Made by a program: the position numbers and the translations under genes. Below the pieces are notes generated by a model. That model was not told where the DNA came from, made no database searches, and saw only the letters and a list, made by a program, of their open reading frames with translations. Shown here one piece after another: positions 17,271 to 27,463 of a DNA stretch of 36,190 bases (position 1 is the stretch's first letter; each line of letters begins with the position of its first letter). This DNA comes from a virus. Taxonomy: Duplodnaviria; Caudoviricetes. The stretch is from positions 1 through 36,190 of the IMG/VR virus record IMGVR_UViG_3300014656_000074. One strand, written 5' to 3'.

Positions 17271-17663
17271 ATGTCAGCAGTAAAATCCAGAAAGATAACA
17301 ACAACCCTCTTTAACGTAGCCGCAGGCTCTGCCGCAGATGGCACTACCTACCACTACGTAAGCATGATGGGCTCCCGTAAGCTAGGAACCCAGCTAGAAT
17401 GGACCGCAGGCGGAGCAGGTGGTACCATAACCTGTACCCTAGAAGGCTCCTGCCAAGCAGCTAGTAACTCAACCACAGCAGCTTCAATCGAATATGATGA
17501 TATAACCAACGCTACCTTTGGGGTTGCCAACTTTACAGCCGACTTCGTGGCAGCAGATAACCAAGAGAAACTAGCCTGCTACTCCTGGCTACGCTGGAAA
17601 ATAATTGTCGCTAACAAAGACGCTTCAACAGCGTACCGCATGGACGTTGTTAGAGTAGGATAA
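17271..17663 (+). CDS. Small beta-sandwich virion protein
   Basis: AAGGAG SD; GTITCTLEGS...YDDI...YSWLRWK pattern. Confidence 0.6.
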   Translation: MSAVKSRKITTTLFNVAAGSAADGTTYHYVSMMGSRKLGTQLEWTAGGAGGTITCTLEGSCQAASNSTTAASIEYDDITNATFGVANFTADFVAADNQEKLACYSWLRWKIIVANKDASTAYRMDVVRVG

Positions 17664-17678
17664 GAATGGAGGACCAGT

Positions 17679-19856
17679 ATGACTGTTTATTACTCAGCTA
17701 ATGTATTTACAGGTAAAGTAACCTCCTATGATGAGATCATAACAGAAGGCGCCCTTGACCTTGTAGCTCCATCAGGAGAAGACCTCGTAATAAAGATGGG
17801 AGACGCTATAGCAGGAAACAAAGTGTCTTTTGTTGATTCAGCAGGCGTAGAGGTAGCCTGGATTGACTCAGATGGTGGTGCCTCCTTTGCAGGTGGCGGT
17901 GCTGACTTCTTTGCAGACGACATACCAATCAAATTTGGTAACGTAACAGGCACCCCAGACGCTTCAATCGAATGGGACACAGCCTCGGCCCCCAACTGCC
18001 TCCTCACCACATCCCCCTTTAACGTCCTCTCAGGAGACTACAAACAGATTCAAGGCGCAACAGACATGATGTATCTTGACGCCCGCTCTACCCCCCACAC
18101 ATTCACAGCAGGTATCCTAGACATCGATCTTACTACAGCTACCACCAACAACAAGGGCATAGACGTAGATGTTGTAACAACTGCAACAACTGGTATCCAA
18201 ACCTACGGCCAGTTAATTACCGTTGTAGACCACGCTGTTGTAACAGCCACAGACCAGTACATCTACGGCCACTCAATCGGTATAACCAAAGACGGAGCAG
18301 ACACCTCAACAGACCACTGCTACGTAACAGGACAACATGTTCAAATAACCAACAGCGGTGCGACAGATGCAGGCAGCAAAACAACCAAAGGTCTAGACCT
18401 CTACGTAACGGGAGACTCAGCAGGAACCTCCATAGCCTATGGTGCCTATTCCTACGTACAATCAGCAGACACCAACTATGGTTACTACACCTCCTCACAA
18501 GGTGGATCCCTAAACTATGGCCTCTATGCCGTAGCAGCCTCCCAAGTAACCCAAACCTCCTACGGTATATACGCCACATCAGCAGGTGGCGGTACCAACT
18601 ACGCAGCTTACCTAGAAGGCCCTGTAGCAGGCATTACAACCCTTGACATTGACTCTATGGCCTCAAACTGGACCAACGCAGGCCGTACAATAGCCGATCT
18701 AGGCACAGTATCCGCAGGTGCAATAGCCGACGTAGCCCTCTCCGCAGGTGCTCAGTCAGTCATAGCCGCAGGCCCCTGCGACGTTGATGCAAACTTGAGC
18801 GTAGCAGCACAGGCAGCCATATCAGCCAGCCACGCCCAGAACACCGACACAGGAACCACAGCGGCCACCTTTGCCCTTGACGGTGATCTAACCCTAGCCA
18901 ACTCAGCAGCACGTTCTATAACCGTCCCCACCCAAGGCATAGCTGATGCTAACGGTGTTGGTCTTACCATTGCAGCAGATGCTGCTGGTTCAGGCGGAGC
19001 AGGCGTCCACAACGGCGGTATTGTTCAAATATACGGTGGTGCAAAAGCAGGAGCAGGTACAGATGGTTATGTAAAGATAGGACATTCGGCTGGGACTCCA
19101 ACACATCTGTCCTCTGACGACGACTTATATGTAAACGGTAGGCTAGAGGTAGATGGTCTATGTTATTTGGATAGCAACGTGACTATAGGCAATGACCTCA
19201 CATGCGGTAACGGCATCTATGCCTATCTCTCTAGTTACATAGGTGCTTATGCGGATGATGGTATGCACATAGCTCCATATGTCAATAGCAACCTCATCTA
19301 TGGTCACTACGACTGGAGGTCTAAGGACTATGATCACTCTGGGGCATCTACAAACCCAACCGTTTTCATTCACTCTGCCGTTGATCCTGATCTTTCTAAC
19401 AACCAATGGGTCAGCATTACTCACGATCAAGAAGGTGCTGTAATATCCACAGGAGTGAATGTAGGAACGGGTTCAGCCCCAACTACAGACGACAATTATA
19501 TAATGTTCAGCCCTCGTGGTGCAGAACAAATGCGTCTTCATGGTACAGGCAGACTCTCTATTAAAGCCCTTTCAGTAGACGTAGAAGCCGTAACAGCTTC
19601 AGTAGATACATCTCGTGATTCTTATTACTTTGGTTGTGATACTGCAGGTGCTGATACTATAACAATTAAATCACTTGACTGTGTAGATGGACGTATTCTC
19701 GTTATAAAAGACGAAGGCGGTAACGCATCAGCCCAAAACATAGTTATAGCTACAGAAGGCGCAGAAACAATAGACGGAGCAGCATCATTAACCCTATCAG
19801 TAGACTATGATGCAGTAACCCTAATAGCCCGTAACTCTAACTGGTGGATAATATAA
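17679..19856 (+). CDS. Tail fibre/spike protein
   Basis: 725 aa, NYG/YG beta-helix-like repeats, C-terminal GRILVIKDEGGNA...ETIDG...W domain. Confidence 0.7.
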   Translation: MTVYYSANVFTGKVTSYDEIITEGALDLVAPSGEDLVIKMGDAIAGNKVSFVDSAGVEVAWIDSDGGASFAGGGADFFADDIPIKFGNVTGTPDASIEWDTASAPNCLLTTSPFNVLSGDYKQIQGATDMMYLDARSTPHTFTAGILDIDLTTATTNNKGIDVDVVTTATTGIQTYGQLITVVDHAVVTATDQYIYGHSIGITKDGADTSTDHCYVTGQHVQITNSGATDAGSKTTKGLDLYVTGDSAGTSIAYGAYSYVQSADTNYGYYTSSQGGSLNYGLYAVAASQVTQTSYGIYATSAGGGTNYAAYLEGPVAGITTLDIDSMASNWTNAGRTIADLGTVSAGAIADVALSAGAQSVIAAGPCDVDANLSVAAQAAISASHAQNTDTGTTAATFALDGDLTLANSAARSITVPTQGIADANGVGLTIAADAAGSGGAGVHNGGIVQIYGGAKAGAGTDGYVKIGHSAGTPTHLSSDDDLYVNGRLEVDGLCYLDSNVTIGNDLTCGNGIYAYLSSYIGAYADDGMHIAPYVNSNLIYGHYDWRSKDYDHSGASTNPTVFIHSAVDPDLSNNQWVSITHDQEGAVISTGVNVGTGSAPTTDDNYIMFSPRGAEQMRLHGTGRLSIKALSVDVEAVTASVDTSRDSYYFGCDTAGADTITIKSLDCVDGRILVIKDEGGNASAQNIVIATEGAETIDGAASLTLSVDYDAVTLIARNSNWWII

Positions 19857-20075
19857 ATGTCTTATAAGAAAGAATCCTACGGAGGAATGTTTATCTATAA
19901 TGGCTCCCAGGCTCTAGGGATTGAAGACAACTCATCAGGCCAAATACGCTCTCGCTCCGCATCGGGCTTTGAAACAATCCTTGCAGGAGATTGCATCTGG
20001 CTATCAGCAGCCAACCTAACAGATGGTTCAGAATTTACAATCAAGCACTGTAACGTCCACATAAGCAGTATATAA
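19857..20075 (+). CDS. 72-aa protein, possibly internally deleted C1q/BclA-like fibre-tip domain
   Basis: YGGMFIYN start joined almost directly to SASGFETILAGDCIWLSAAN...HCNVHI end. Confidence 0.45.
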   Translation: MSYKKESYGGMFIYNGSQALGIEDNSSGQIRSRSASGFETILAGDCIWLSAANLTDGSEFTIKHCNVHISSI

Positions 20076-20113
20076 CCCTTACCTAGAAATAGGTTCTATA
20101 AAAGGAACAAACC

Positions 20114-21070
20114 ATGTCAGTAATAAGAAAAGGAAAACTATTAACATCAGTAGCAGGAGGAAGCGTAGTAGTATCAACAGTAGGTAAAACCCTAGTAGAA
20201 CTCCCCAGTGCTACAGGAGGTGCCACAGTCCTCCTAGACATCTCAGGCTCTACCTGGACAATCCCCTGGGTTACCTCCTTCCAAAACGCTGTCTTTGGTA
20301 TCACAGATGCTGCTTGGGCCTCTGCCATGCCCTGGTTCATCTACCTCATCAATGGCACCAACGCTAAAGCAGGTGTCCAACTAGGCATGTCACGTTCCCC
20401 CGTCTACCGCTTTGCCCCAGTTGAAGCAGACTTCGCCTACACAGACGCAGCCTGTTCAGGAACCGATGACCAAGGTATCGTAGCCGTATCCTACGTAGAT
20501 GGTACAGACTACAATGGTAAATCCATGTCCTTAATAGGTGCAGTTAGCATGACTTATGATGCAACCAAATGGGTACCCTCCCTTACCATCTCAGCAGCCA
20601 ACTCAGGTGGATGTACAGAAGATGCTCTTCGTGATGCCTTTGCTACCAAGTTTACCATGCCGGTTGGTCAGAATGGTTGTAAAGATGCAACAGAAGTCTT
20701 TGATGAAGGAGGAGCAGCAGCCACAAACCTTAATTTCAGCCCCACCTCCTCAATTAAGTATCAACTGGATGCAAAGGGTATCCAACACATTCAAGGGGCT
20801 TTCGTTACACAAGCAACAGCTGGAGCCAATGCTGTGAACGTTTTTTGGTACATTCCTTACACAACAGCAGGAGCAGCCACCCAAGCATACTTTGGCTCAG
20901 GAAAGCTTCGACTTGGAGCCAATAACTTCTCCGCAATGGTGGAAACTGTAGGAACATTATCTTATATTAATGCTTATGCAGTTGCTGCTCCTCCAGCCTC
21001 AATTCAGGCCAATGATTTCTCAGACACATCTGACAGCTTCTACTTTTCCATCAGTGCACCAGCGTTCTAA
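20114..21070 (+). CDS. Putative fibre/receptor-binding protein
   Basis: AAGGA SD; beta-rich, WFIYLIN motif, C-terminal beta-sandwich ending SFYFSISAPAF. Confidence 0.55.
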   Translation: MSVIRKGKLLTSVAGGSVVVSTVGKTLVELPSATGGATVLLDISGSTWTIPWVTSFQNAVFGITDAAWASAMPWFIYLINGTNAKAGVQLGMSRSPVYRFAPVEADFAYTDAACSGTDDQGIVAVSYVDGTDYNGKSMSLIGAVSMTYDATKWVPSLTISAANSGGCTEDALRDAFATKFTMPVGQNGCKDATEVFDEGGAAATNLNFSPTSSIKYQLDAKGIQHIQGAFVTQATAGANAVNVFWYIPYTTAGAATQAYFGSGKLRLGANNFSAMVETVGTLSYINAYAVAAPPASIQANDFSDTSDSFYFSISAPAF

Positions 21071-21094
21071 TGGCCTACCCCCCACCCAGCCCCT

Positions 21095-21126
21095 GATCGT
21101 TCAACCACGGGGCAATATGGAAGCCT
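21095..21126 (+). repeat. Dispersed bipartite motif copy 4
   Basis: GATCGTTCAA-ccacGGggcaat-ATGGAAGCCT. Confidence 0.85.
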
Positions 21127-21154
21127 GAGGGCTATTTAATGAAGGGTTAATAAC

Positions 21155-22108
21155 ATGTCAACACAGTGGAATCTACTCAACTTAAGATCAGAGATAAAGG
21201 CTAGGCTTAAGAACGCCTCCTTAACTAATGCCTCTGTAGACAGATGGATCAACGATGCTCAAGACCGTCTATACAGAGAAATAGACTTTGACCATAAGAA
21301 TAGACCTATATCCTTTGATACCGTAGCCTCTCAAAGAGAATACTACATAGAATGCTCCTATAGACGTATTAAGAACATAGTAGACCAAGATACCAATGTA
21401 ACCCTAGACGAAGTATCAGTAAACGACATAGAGAACTCAGACCCAGATCAATCTACTACAGGTAACCCCTATTGTTATGCAGTAGAAGGTATATATGAAG
21501 TTAAAGCCCAACCAGAGACAGCAGGCAACCTAACCGTAGTATCCTCCTCCGCCTCAGACGCTTCTCAAACCGTTAAAGTAATAGGTGAAGATGCCTCAGG
21601 AGACACAGTATCCCCTACCTCAGTATCCCTTAACGGTACCACCTCAGTAGCTATAACAGGCTCCTTTACCACCGTTATACGTTTCAGGGTATCAGCCTCT
21701 ACAGTAGGTGATATAACCCTTAAAGACTCAGATGGTAACATACTAGGTGTAATCCAACCCAACAAGCTCCGTACCCAGTATATAAGATTAATACTAGCAC
21801 CAATCCCCTCAGGTGCCAATACCCTTAACATCTATGCCTTACAACTCCCATGGTCTTTAGAGTACGTAGAAGATGTACCAGATCTTCCAGAGGAGTGGTG
21901 GGGCCTTGTCCTAGAAATGGCAGTAGAAACAGGCCACCTTAACCTCTATGAATTTGAAGCAGCAGATAAGATAAAAGAACGTAACACAGCAGAGATCCTA
22001 CGCCTTAAACAACAGCAAGGAAACAGCCGTAACCAAGCAAGAAAGCGCAGAGTAGAGAACCTAAGCTCCTCATCTGGTATCACAGGATACCCCTTTAAGA
22101 TAGGGTAA
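21155..22108 (+). CDS. Head-to-tail adaptor (P22 gp4/T7 gp11-like) with inserted beta domain
   Basis: N-terminal helices (VDRWINDAQ), LAPIP, PDLPEEW...LVLEMA; precedes nozzle gene. Confidence 0.75.
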   Translation: MSTQWNLLNLRSEIKARLKNASLTNASVDRWINDAQDRLYREIDFDHKNRPISFDTVASQREYYIECSYRRIKNIVDQDTNVTLDEVSVNDIENSDPDQSTTGNPYCYAVEGIYEVKAQPETAGNLTVVSSSASDASQTVKVIGEDASGDTVSPTSVSLNGTTSVAITGSFTTVIRFRVSASTVGDITLKDSDGNILGVIQPNKLRTQYIRLILAPIPSGANTLNIYALQLPWSLEYVEDVPDLPEEWWGLVLEMAVETGHLNLYEFEAADKIKERNTAEILRLKQQQGNSRNQARKRRVENLSSSSGITGYPFKIG

Positions 22109-22110
22109 AC

Positions 22111-24168
22111 ATGGGTCAGAACGAAGTAGAGATCAAAACTATCGAACTATCCGAGTTTTCCGGAGGGTTGAACTCCAACAAGCTCTCCAGCCAGGTTAAA
22201 GATAACGAGTTTGCAGACTGCCAGAACGTAATCTGGTACGATGGCTCCTTACAGCAAGTACCAGGCTTTGTACGCCATTCAGCTCAAATAGGTGGTTCAG
22301 GTAGCACCAACTCCATTAACGGTATCTTTGACTTCCAAATGAGGGATACTACGAACTTCCTCATGTGCATGTCAGATACTACTCTATACTACTGGGACGT
22401 AGCTACCTCTAAATGGGTAGCTATTCAAGGCGTAATGGGTAACTTCTCAGATACCTTGCATAGCGTAGTCTGTGTCAACGATAGAGCCATAGGAACCAAC
22501 TTCTCACAAGAACCATGGGTATGGGACGGAGACGTAACAGGTGTCCCAGCAGCAGTCAAGATGTCCTCCTTTGCAAACGGCTGGACAGCAACCACCAGAG
22601 CCAAGTACTTTGCTACCTTCAACGATAGACTGGTAGCAGCCCACTGTACTATCCTAGGGGTTGAGCTTCCTACCGCTGTAATGTACTCAGATAGAGACTC
22701 ACCAACAGGCTGGGATGAAGCAGAGCAGTACTGGTCCTTTGATACAGACGATGGTACAGTTATAACAGGCGTAAGACAGCTAGGTGAGAAACTACTGGTA
22801 TTTAAGTCTAACTCCATTGGCTATGTAACAGGCTACGGAGACTACTCATACACAGTAGCCAGAGACTGGAAAAAGGGTGTAGGTGCTGTATCAGGACATA
22901 CAGTATCAACAGGCTACGTAACAGCAGAAGGCGTACTACGTGAAGTCGTGATCTTTCTTTCCCAAGAAGGTCTTAAAGCCATAGATGAAGGCGGTAACAT
23001 ATACCACTTACCAGTACCAGATACAGGTGAAGAATACAAATGCTACGAACACTTTGATGGCCTAGCCAAAGGATCTCTTAACTCAGCAGTAGGAACCTTC
23101 TACCGTAAACGCAACTGGTATTTCTCCTTCTACCGATCCTCTGGAGGTACCTACAATGATTGGGGTTCCATATACGACTACAACAGCAACTCCCTCTGGC
23201 CCATTAAGAACATATCAGCCAACTGCTCAGCCCAAGTATACAACACAACCTCAGGTGAATACGAACTATTCATAGGAACAACAGACGGTGTAATACTACG
23301 CCTCTCCGAGTCCCGTAAAGGTGTAGAATCCCTTACAGAACTTATAACCAACGGCTCCATGGAAGCAGCTGGAGCAGCAGACACAGGTACTAACCCAACA
23401 GGCTGGACAGACCTAGGAACCCCTACCACTACAGAGAAGTCCACTACCAGCCCTTACCAAGGAACCCACTGCTGTAAAGTAGTAACAGATGCCATAGACG
23501 AAGGTATATACCAAGACATAACCACAGTAGTTGGAGAACGCTACAGGATATATGCCTATGGCAACACAGCAGCCTCCAGCGACTGTATCATAGAAAAGAC
23601 AGACACAGACGGTACAAATGCAGTAGAAGGCACTTCCCTAGCAGCCTCCTCAGGCTGGTCCCAAATGTCCGTAGTCTTCACAGCCACAGCAATCCTATCC
23701 AGAATATCCTTCCACAGTGTAGCAGACCTTACCTCTACCTTCTACATAGATGATGCCTCAGCTCGTAACATAGAAGTAGACGCCTACGGTACCACTAAAT
23801 ACTACGACTTTGGGGACGAAGGCGAAATGAAGTTCCTTAGAGAGCTAGTAGGCTTTGCCTCAGCCACTGATACAGGCGGCCTTACCATAACAGTAACCTA
23901 TGATAAAGGAGCAGGTACCGAAACCTCAGATACAATGTCCCTATCCTCAGCTCAACTTAACTGGGCTACAGAGATGGACTGGGACATAGATATAGACTGG
24001 GACAGTTACGAGGAACTAAGCGACTCCTTCACAGCTGACGGCCTTACCCAAGACTCCTTTAGAACAATTAGATTCAAGATAGAGAACAACACAGGCTCTT
24101 CTAACTTCCAATTCAACCGCTTACTATTAGCAGCTAAACTGCTAGGAAGACGTTGGTTTACTTACTAA
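22111..24168 (+). CDS. Tail nozzle / DNA stabilisation protein (P22 gp10-like beta-propeller) with inserted CBM
   Basis: FSGGLN, FNDRLV, VMYSD...W, ITGVRQLGEKLLVFKSNSI, TKYYDFG...KF; CBM4/9-like insert at about 23338-23770. Confidence 0.8.
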   Translation: MGQNEVEIKTIELSEFSGGLNSNKLSSQVKDNEFADCQNVIWYDGSLQQVPGFVRHSAQIGGSGSTNSINGIFDFQMRDTTNFLMCMSDTTLYYWDVATSKWVAIQGVMGNFSDTLHSVVCVNDRAIGTNFSQEPWVWDGDVTGVPAAVKMSSFANGWTATTRAKYFATFNDRLVAAHCTILGVELPTAVMYSDRDSPTGWDEAEQYWSFDTDDGTVITGVRQLGEKLLVFKSNSIGYVTGYGDYSYTVARDWKKGVGAVSGHTVSTGYVTAEGVLREVVIFLSQEGLKAIDEGGNIYHLPVPDTGEEYKCYEHFDGLAKGSLNSAVGTFYRKRNWYFSFYRSSGGTYNDWGSIYDYNSNSLWPIKNISANCSAQVYNTTSGEYELFIGTTDGVILRLSESRKGVESLTELITNGSMEAAGAADTGTNPTGWTDLGTPTTTEKSTTSPYQGTHCCKVVTDAIDEGIYQDITTVVGERYRIYAYGNTAASSDCIIEKTDTDGTNAVEGTSLAASSGWSQMSVVFTATAILSRISFHSVADLTSTFYIDDASARNIEVDAYGTTKYYDFGDEGEMKFLRELVGFASATDTGGLTITVTYDKGAGTETSDTMSLSSAQLNWATEMDWDIDIDWDSYEELSDSFTADGLTQDSFRTIRFKIENNTGSSNFQFNRLLLAAKLLGRRWFTY

Positions 24169-24383
24169 TGGCACTAAGAGCACCACCCAAAAGCTTTAAA
24201 GACCCAGAACTAGACTCATGGAGACTAGCCGTATGGCATCGCCTCCTAGAACTACCATCAGCTACAGTACCCACAGCAGCCACAGATCCTGGGGTTAAAG
24301 GTACAATAGCTTTTGATGATACATATGTTTATCTCTGTATTTCTACAAATACTTGGAAAAGAGCACTACTATCTACATGGTAA
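24168..24383 (+). CDS. Small tail-associated protein
   Basis: TAATG coupling; VPTAATDPGVKGTIAFDDTYVYLCISTNTWKR motif typical of phage fibre modules. Confidence 0.7.
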   Translation: MALRAPPKSFKDPELDSWRLAVWHRLLELPSATVPTAATDPGVKGTIAFDDTYVYLCISTNTWKRALLSTW

Positions 24384-24392
24384 GGAGACCTT

Positions 24393-24917
24393 ATGGCAGT
24401 AAATAGAATATACACCAGAACAGGAACCCAGGCTTCTCCTGGCACCAAGATTGATGCTGATATTGATAACACCAATACCTACATTAATGCCCATGAAGTA
24501 GACTCTACAGCCGTTCATGGAGTAGGTGGAACCCTGGTAGGCACTACTGACACTCAGACTCTTAGCGCAAAGACACTTGCTGCTCCTACTATATCCACAG
24601 GTATTAAAGAGCTTTCTCTTAATAGAGAAGAGATAACCACTACAGCTAACGTAGCAGCTAGTACAGTTATAGTTAGTATCGTTACCATTGCAGCCTCCTA
24701 CACCATAACTCTTCTTACGTCTCAGATAACAGGTCAAGCAGGTCGTATATGGATATTTAAGGATGAAACAGGAGCATGTGGTAATGCTTATAATATAACA
24801 ATCGTTGGAGAAGGCGGAGAAACAATAGACAATCAAGCCTCCTACGTAATGTGCTCTAACTATGAAGCACTAATGCTCTACAGTGACGGAGCTAAACTAT
24901 GGACAAAACCTTACTAA
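24393..24917 (+). CDS. Short tail fibre/needle-like protein
   Basis: VGTTDTQTLSAKTL repeat motif plus C-terminal domain paralogous to 17679..19856. Confidence 0.65.
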   Translation: MAVNRIYTRTGTQASPGTKIDADIDNTNTYINAHEVDSTAVHGVGGTLVGTTDTQTLSAKTLAAPTISTGIKELSLNREEITTTANVAASTVIVSIVTIAASYTITLLTSQITGQAGRIWIFKDETGACGNAYNITIVGEGGETIDNQASYVMCSNYEALMLYSDGAKLWTKPY

Positions 24918-25393
24918 GATATCAGTACGCTACAGAGTGTGACTGTGACACCCTATTCAAGCTCTACATAGATCCCTCCTACGGGGTTTACTTTAGACAT
25001 GTCCAGCCCTACCTCAACATGATACAGTTTCGTTCAATACAGACCAAGTATGGAAGCCTCATGGCTATATATGAAGGACGTAACAAGATAGGCTTCTCCC
25101 ATATATCCCCTCACCCTAACACAGGTATAACAGAGATCTCTATAATCCTTCTTAAACATAAACAAGGCAAAGGCTACGGACTACAGATAGCCAAGGATCT
25201 AGGCCTATACCTCTTTAAAGGCTCCACAGACAAGCTCCTCTGTGTAACCTTAGAATCAGATGAACGTACCAATAAGATACTCAAACAGGCAGGTTTTACC
25301 CAAGATTGTATACTACCTGAGTCCTGTATATACAATAATGAATACCAGAATGAAATACGCTGGAGCCTTAAAAAAGGAGATACACCATGTTAA
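24899..25393 (+). CDS. GNAT-family (RimJ/RimL-like) acetyltransferase
   Basis: EISIILLKHKQGKGYG (Q-G-x-G acetyl-CoA motif), KILKQAGF; usual podovirus position before ejection genes. Confidence 0.8.
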   Translation: MDKTLLRYQYATECDCDTLFKLYIDPSYGVYFRHVQPYLNMIQFRSIQTKYGSLMAIYEGRNKIGFSHISPHPNTGITEISIILLKHKQGKGYGLQIAKDLGLYLFKGSTDKLLCVTLESDERTNKILKQAGFTQDCILPESCIYNNEYQNEIRWSLKKGDTPC

Positions 25394-26361
25394 GCGGAAG
25401 CGGCCCCTTAGCTCAAATAGCTACAATGATTGACCCAGAATTTGGACAAGCCTTAGGAGTGCTCTCAGGCCCAGCTATGATGGCAGCCTCAGCAGGCATG
25501 GCAGGAGGAATGGGAGCAGCTGGTGGCATGGAAGGCGCAGGCATGGGAGCAGTAGGAGCACCTGACCTAGGCGCTATATCAGGCGCAGCTATGCCTATGA
25601 CCCCTCCTGTATCTGCACCAGTTATGCCTCCAATGGACATGGCCTCAATGGCTCCTCCAGTAGATATGCCTCCCCCAGCCCCTTCTATGCCAGTAACAGA
25701 ACCAGGCTTTGGTACAAACCTAATGTCCAGCGTATCTGATCTAGCTTTTCCCTCAGCAGAAGCAGGCCAATCTCCTTCCTTTCCCACTCTATCAGGTGAA
25801 GCTCCAGCCCCCAAGATACCTTCCAACATGATGAACCCAATGGGTCCTCAGGTATCCTCAAGACCATCGCTCTCGTCTAGTCCTCCCCAAAGCTCTTCCC
25901 AACCAGGAGGCACATTTAAGTTCAGTAATATACCAGACTCACAGACACTAGGTAAGAACGTACAAAGCTCAATAGCTGAAAGCCCATTGAATAACGGAAC
26001 TACTACCCCACCCCCTCAAAAAGAACCCTGGGAAAAGATGATAGACAACTATGGTAAATACCAAGAAAAGATGCTTAAGTACAAGATGGGCATGGGAGCA
26101 GCCGGATCAGCCATGAAGGGTATAGGAGCAGCCTTTAGTGAAGGTGAAAAGAGACGTAACTATGACTACAAGAAGAGCAAGAACCGTAAGAATCAGATAA
26201 AGGCCATGAATGCTCAAGGACGTAGACGTTCTTTAGCCCAACTCCAACAGGGTAGGCAGGAGAGAGCAATGGCTGGTGATCAGTACGAAAGATCTTCAGT
26301 AGGCTCTGGAACTCCTTTTGGAACGACTCGGTATGGTAGTATGGATCGGAGGAAGATATAA
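25387..26361 (+). CDS. Internal virion / DNA ejection protein (low complexity)
   Basis: Gly/Ala/Met-rich N-terminus, Pro-rich middle, basic C-terminus; AAGGAG SD. Confidence 0.55.
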   Translation: MLSGSGPLAQIATMIDPEFGQALGVLSGPAMMAASAGMAGGMGAAGGMEGAGMGAVGAPDLGAISGAAMPMTPPVSAPVMPPMDMASMAPPVDMPPPAPSMPVTEPGFGTNLMSSVSDLAFPSAEAGQSPSFPTLSGEAPAPKIPSNMMNPMGPQVSSRPSLSSSPPQSSSQPGGTFKFSNIPDSQTLGKNVQSSIAESPLNNGTTTPPPQKEPWEKMIDNYGKYQEKMLKYKMGMGAAGSAMKGIGAAFSEGEKRRNYDYKKSKNRKNQIKAMNAQGRRRSLAQLQQGRQERAMAGDQYERSSVGSGTPFGTTRYGSMDRRKI

Positions 26362-27452
26362 TGGCTCAAACTAAACTATGGGATCAATTTAAGAACTTAA
26401 CTAGCGCAGGCTCTCAGGGCTCTATGGGCCGCTACGCTGGGCAGGTGCATAATGCCGCGGCTGAGAATGCGTTGAGTGGACGGGCTTATCATAACTCTAT
26501 GAATAACATTAATAATGTCCAGAAGGGCCTAAACGAAGGCGGACCCCAATTTGAAATAGCAGATCCTCAAGCTCCTCCAATACCCAACGCCCCAGCAGGT
26601 GGTATGTTCCCCATGGGAGGCGGCTTTGATGCCAACGCTCTCAACTCCCCCATGAATATCTCTCCTATACAGGTACCTGAGATTAAGCTACCAGGCCTGG
26701 AAGGTATACGCAGTGCTTTAGACTCCCAATTCGGAGCAAGCCGTGAAGCCCTTAACATAGATCTAGAACGTCAGGCTAGACCAGCTAGAGAACAAAGATA
26801 CGAGTCTTTATCCGAAAGAGGCCTTACAGATTCTGGTCTTGGTGATAGAGTAAACCGTATGGGCGAAGAAGACCTACAACAGACCCAACGCCAAGCCTTC
26901 CTAGAACTACAATCCAACCGCATGGCAGCAGAAGCCCAAATGCTACAACAACGCAATGAACAAGAATTCAACGCAGCTATCCAATCAGGCAACTGGCAAC
27001 AAGCAGCCCAGATAGAGAACAAGAATATCAAGATCTCAGTGAAACAACTAGAACTAGACACAGCCAATGTCCTCGACAGAATAAGAGGTACAGATGCTGA
27101 AATAGAATTCAACAGGATAAGATCTGAAATAGATAAACTAAGATATGAACTAGAAGTAAAAGGCCAGATGACCGAGGAGAAAGCCCTAGCTCTCACAGAC
27201 TACCAAAATAGACAAATAAACTGTGATGCTGAAAACAAAGATGATGGAGATAGCTATCACACCTGTATGGCTCTAGCGGGTAACGATCTTATCAGATCCT
27301 ATGGGGATTTATGGCCTGAAGGCGACGCCCCGTGGGTACTTGATGAGGATGTAGAGCAATATAGGTTAGGTGACAGCCCAGAAGAAAACCGACAGGCCCA
27401 AGCAGACGACCTCCAACGTCGTAGAGTAGATTGGGTAAATGGCGTAGGATAA
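26361..27452 (+). CDS. Internal virion / DNA ejection protein
   Basis: Gln-rich coiled coil, LSERGLTDSG motif, position. Confidence 0.6.
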   Translation: MAQTKLWDQFKNLTSAGSQGSMGRYAGQVHNAAAENALSGRAYHNSMNNINNVQKGLNEGGPQFEIADPQAPPIPNAPAGGMFPMGGGFDANALNSPMNISPIQVPEIKLPGLEGIRSALDSQFGASREALNIDLERQARPAREQRYESLSERGLTDSGLGDRVNRMGEEDLQQTQRQAFLELQSNRMAAEAQMLQQRNEQEFNAAIQSGNWQQAAQIENKNIKISVKQLELDTANVLDRIRGTDAEIEFNRIRSEIDKLRYELEVKGQMTEEKALALTDYQNRQINCDAENKDDGDSYHTCMALAGNDLIRSYGDLWPEGDAPWVLDEDVEQYRLGDSPEENRQAQADDLQRRRVDWVNGVG

Positions 27453-27463
27453 AGGACAACAAT

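Noticed and set aside
14809-21070. Diversity-generating retroelement or invertible fibre cassette
   Set aside because: No reverse transcriptase or invertase, and no adenine-variant repeat pair seen
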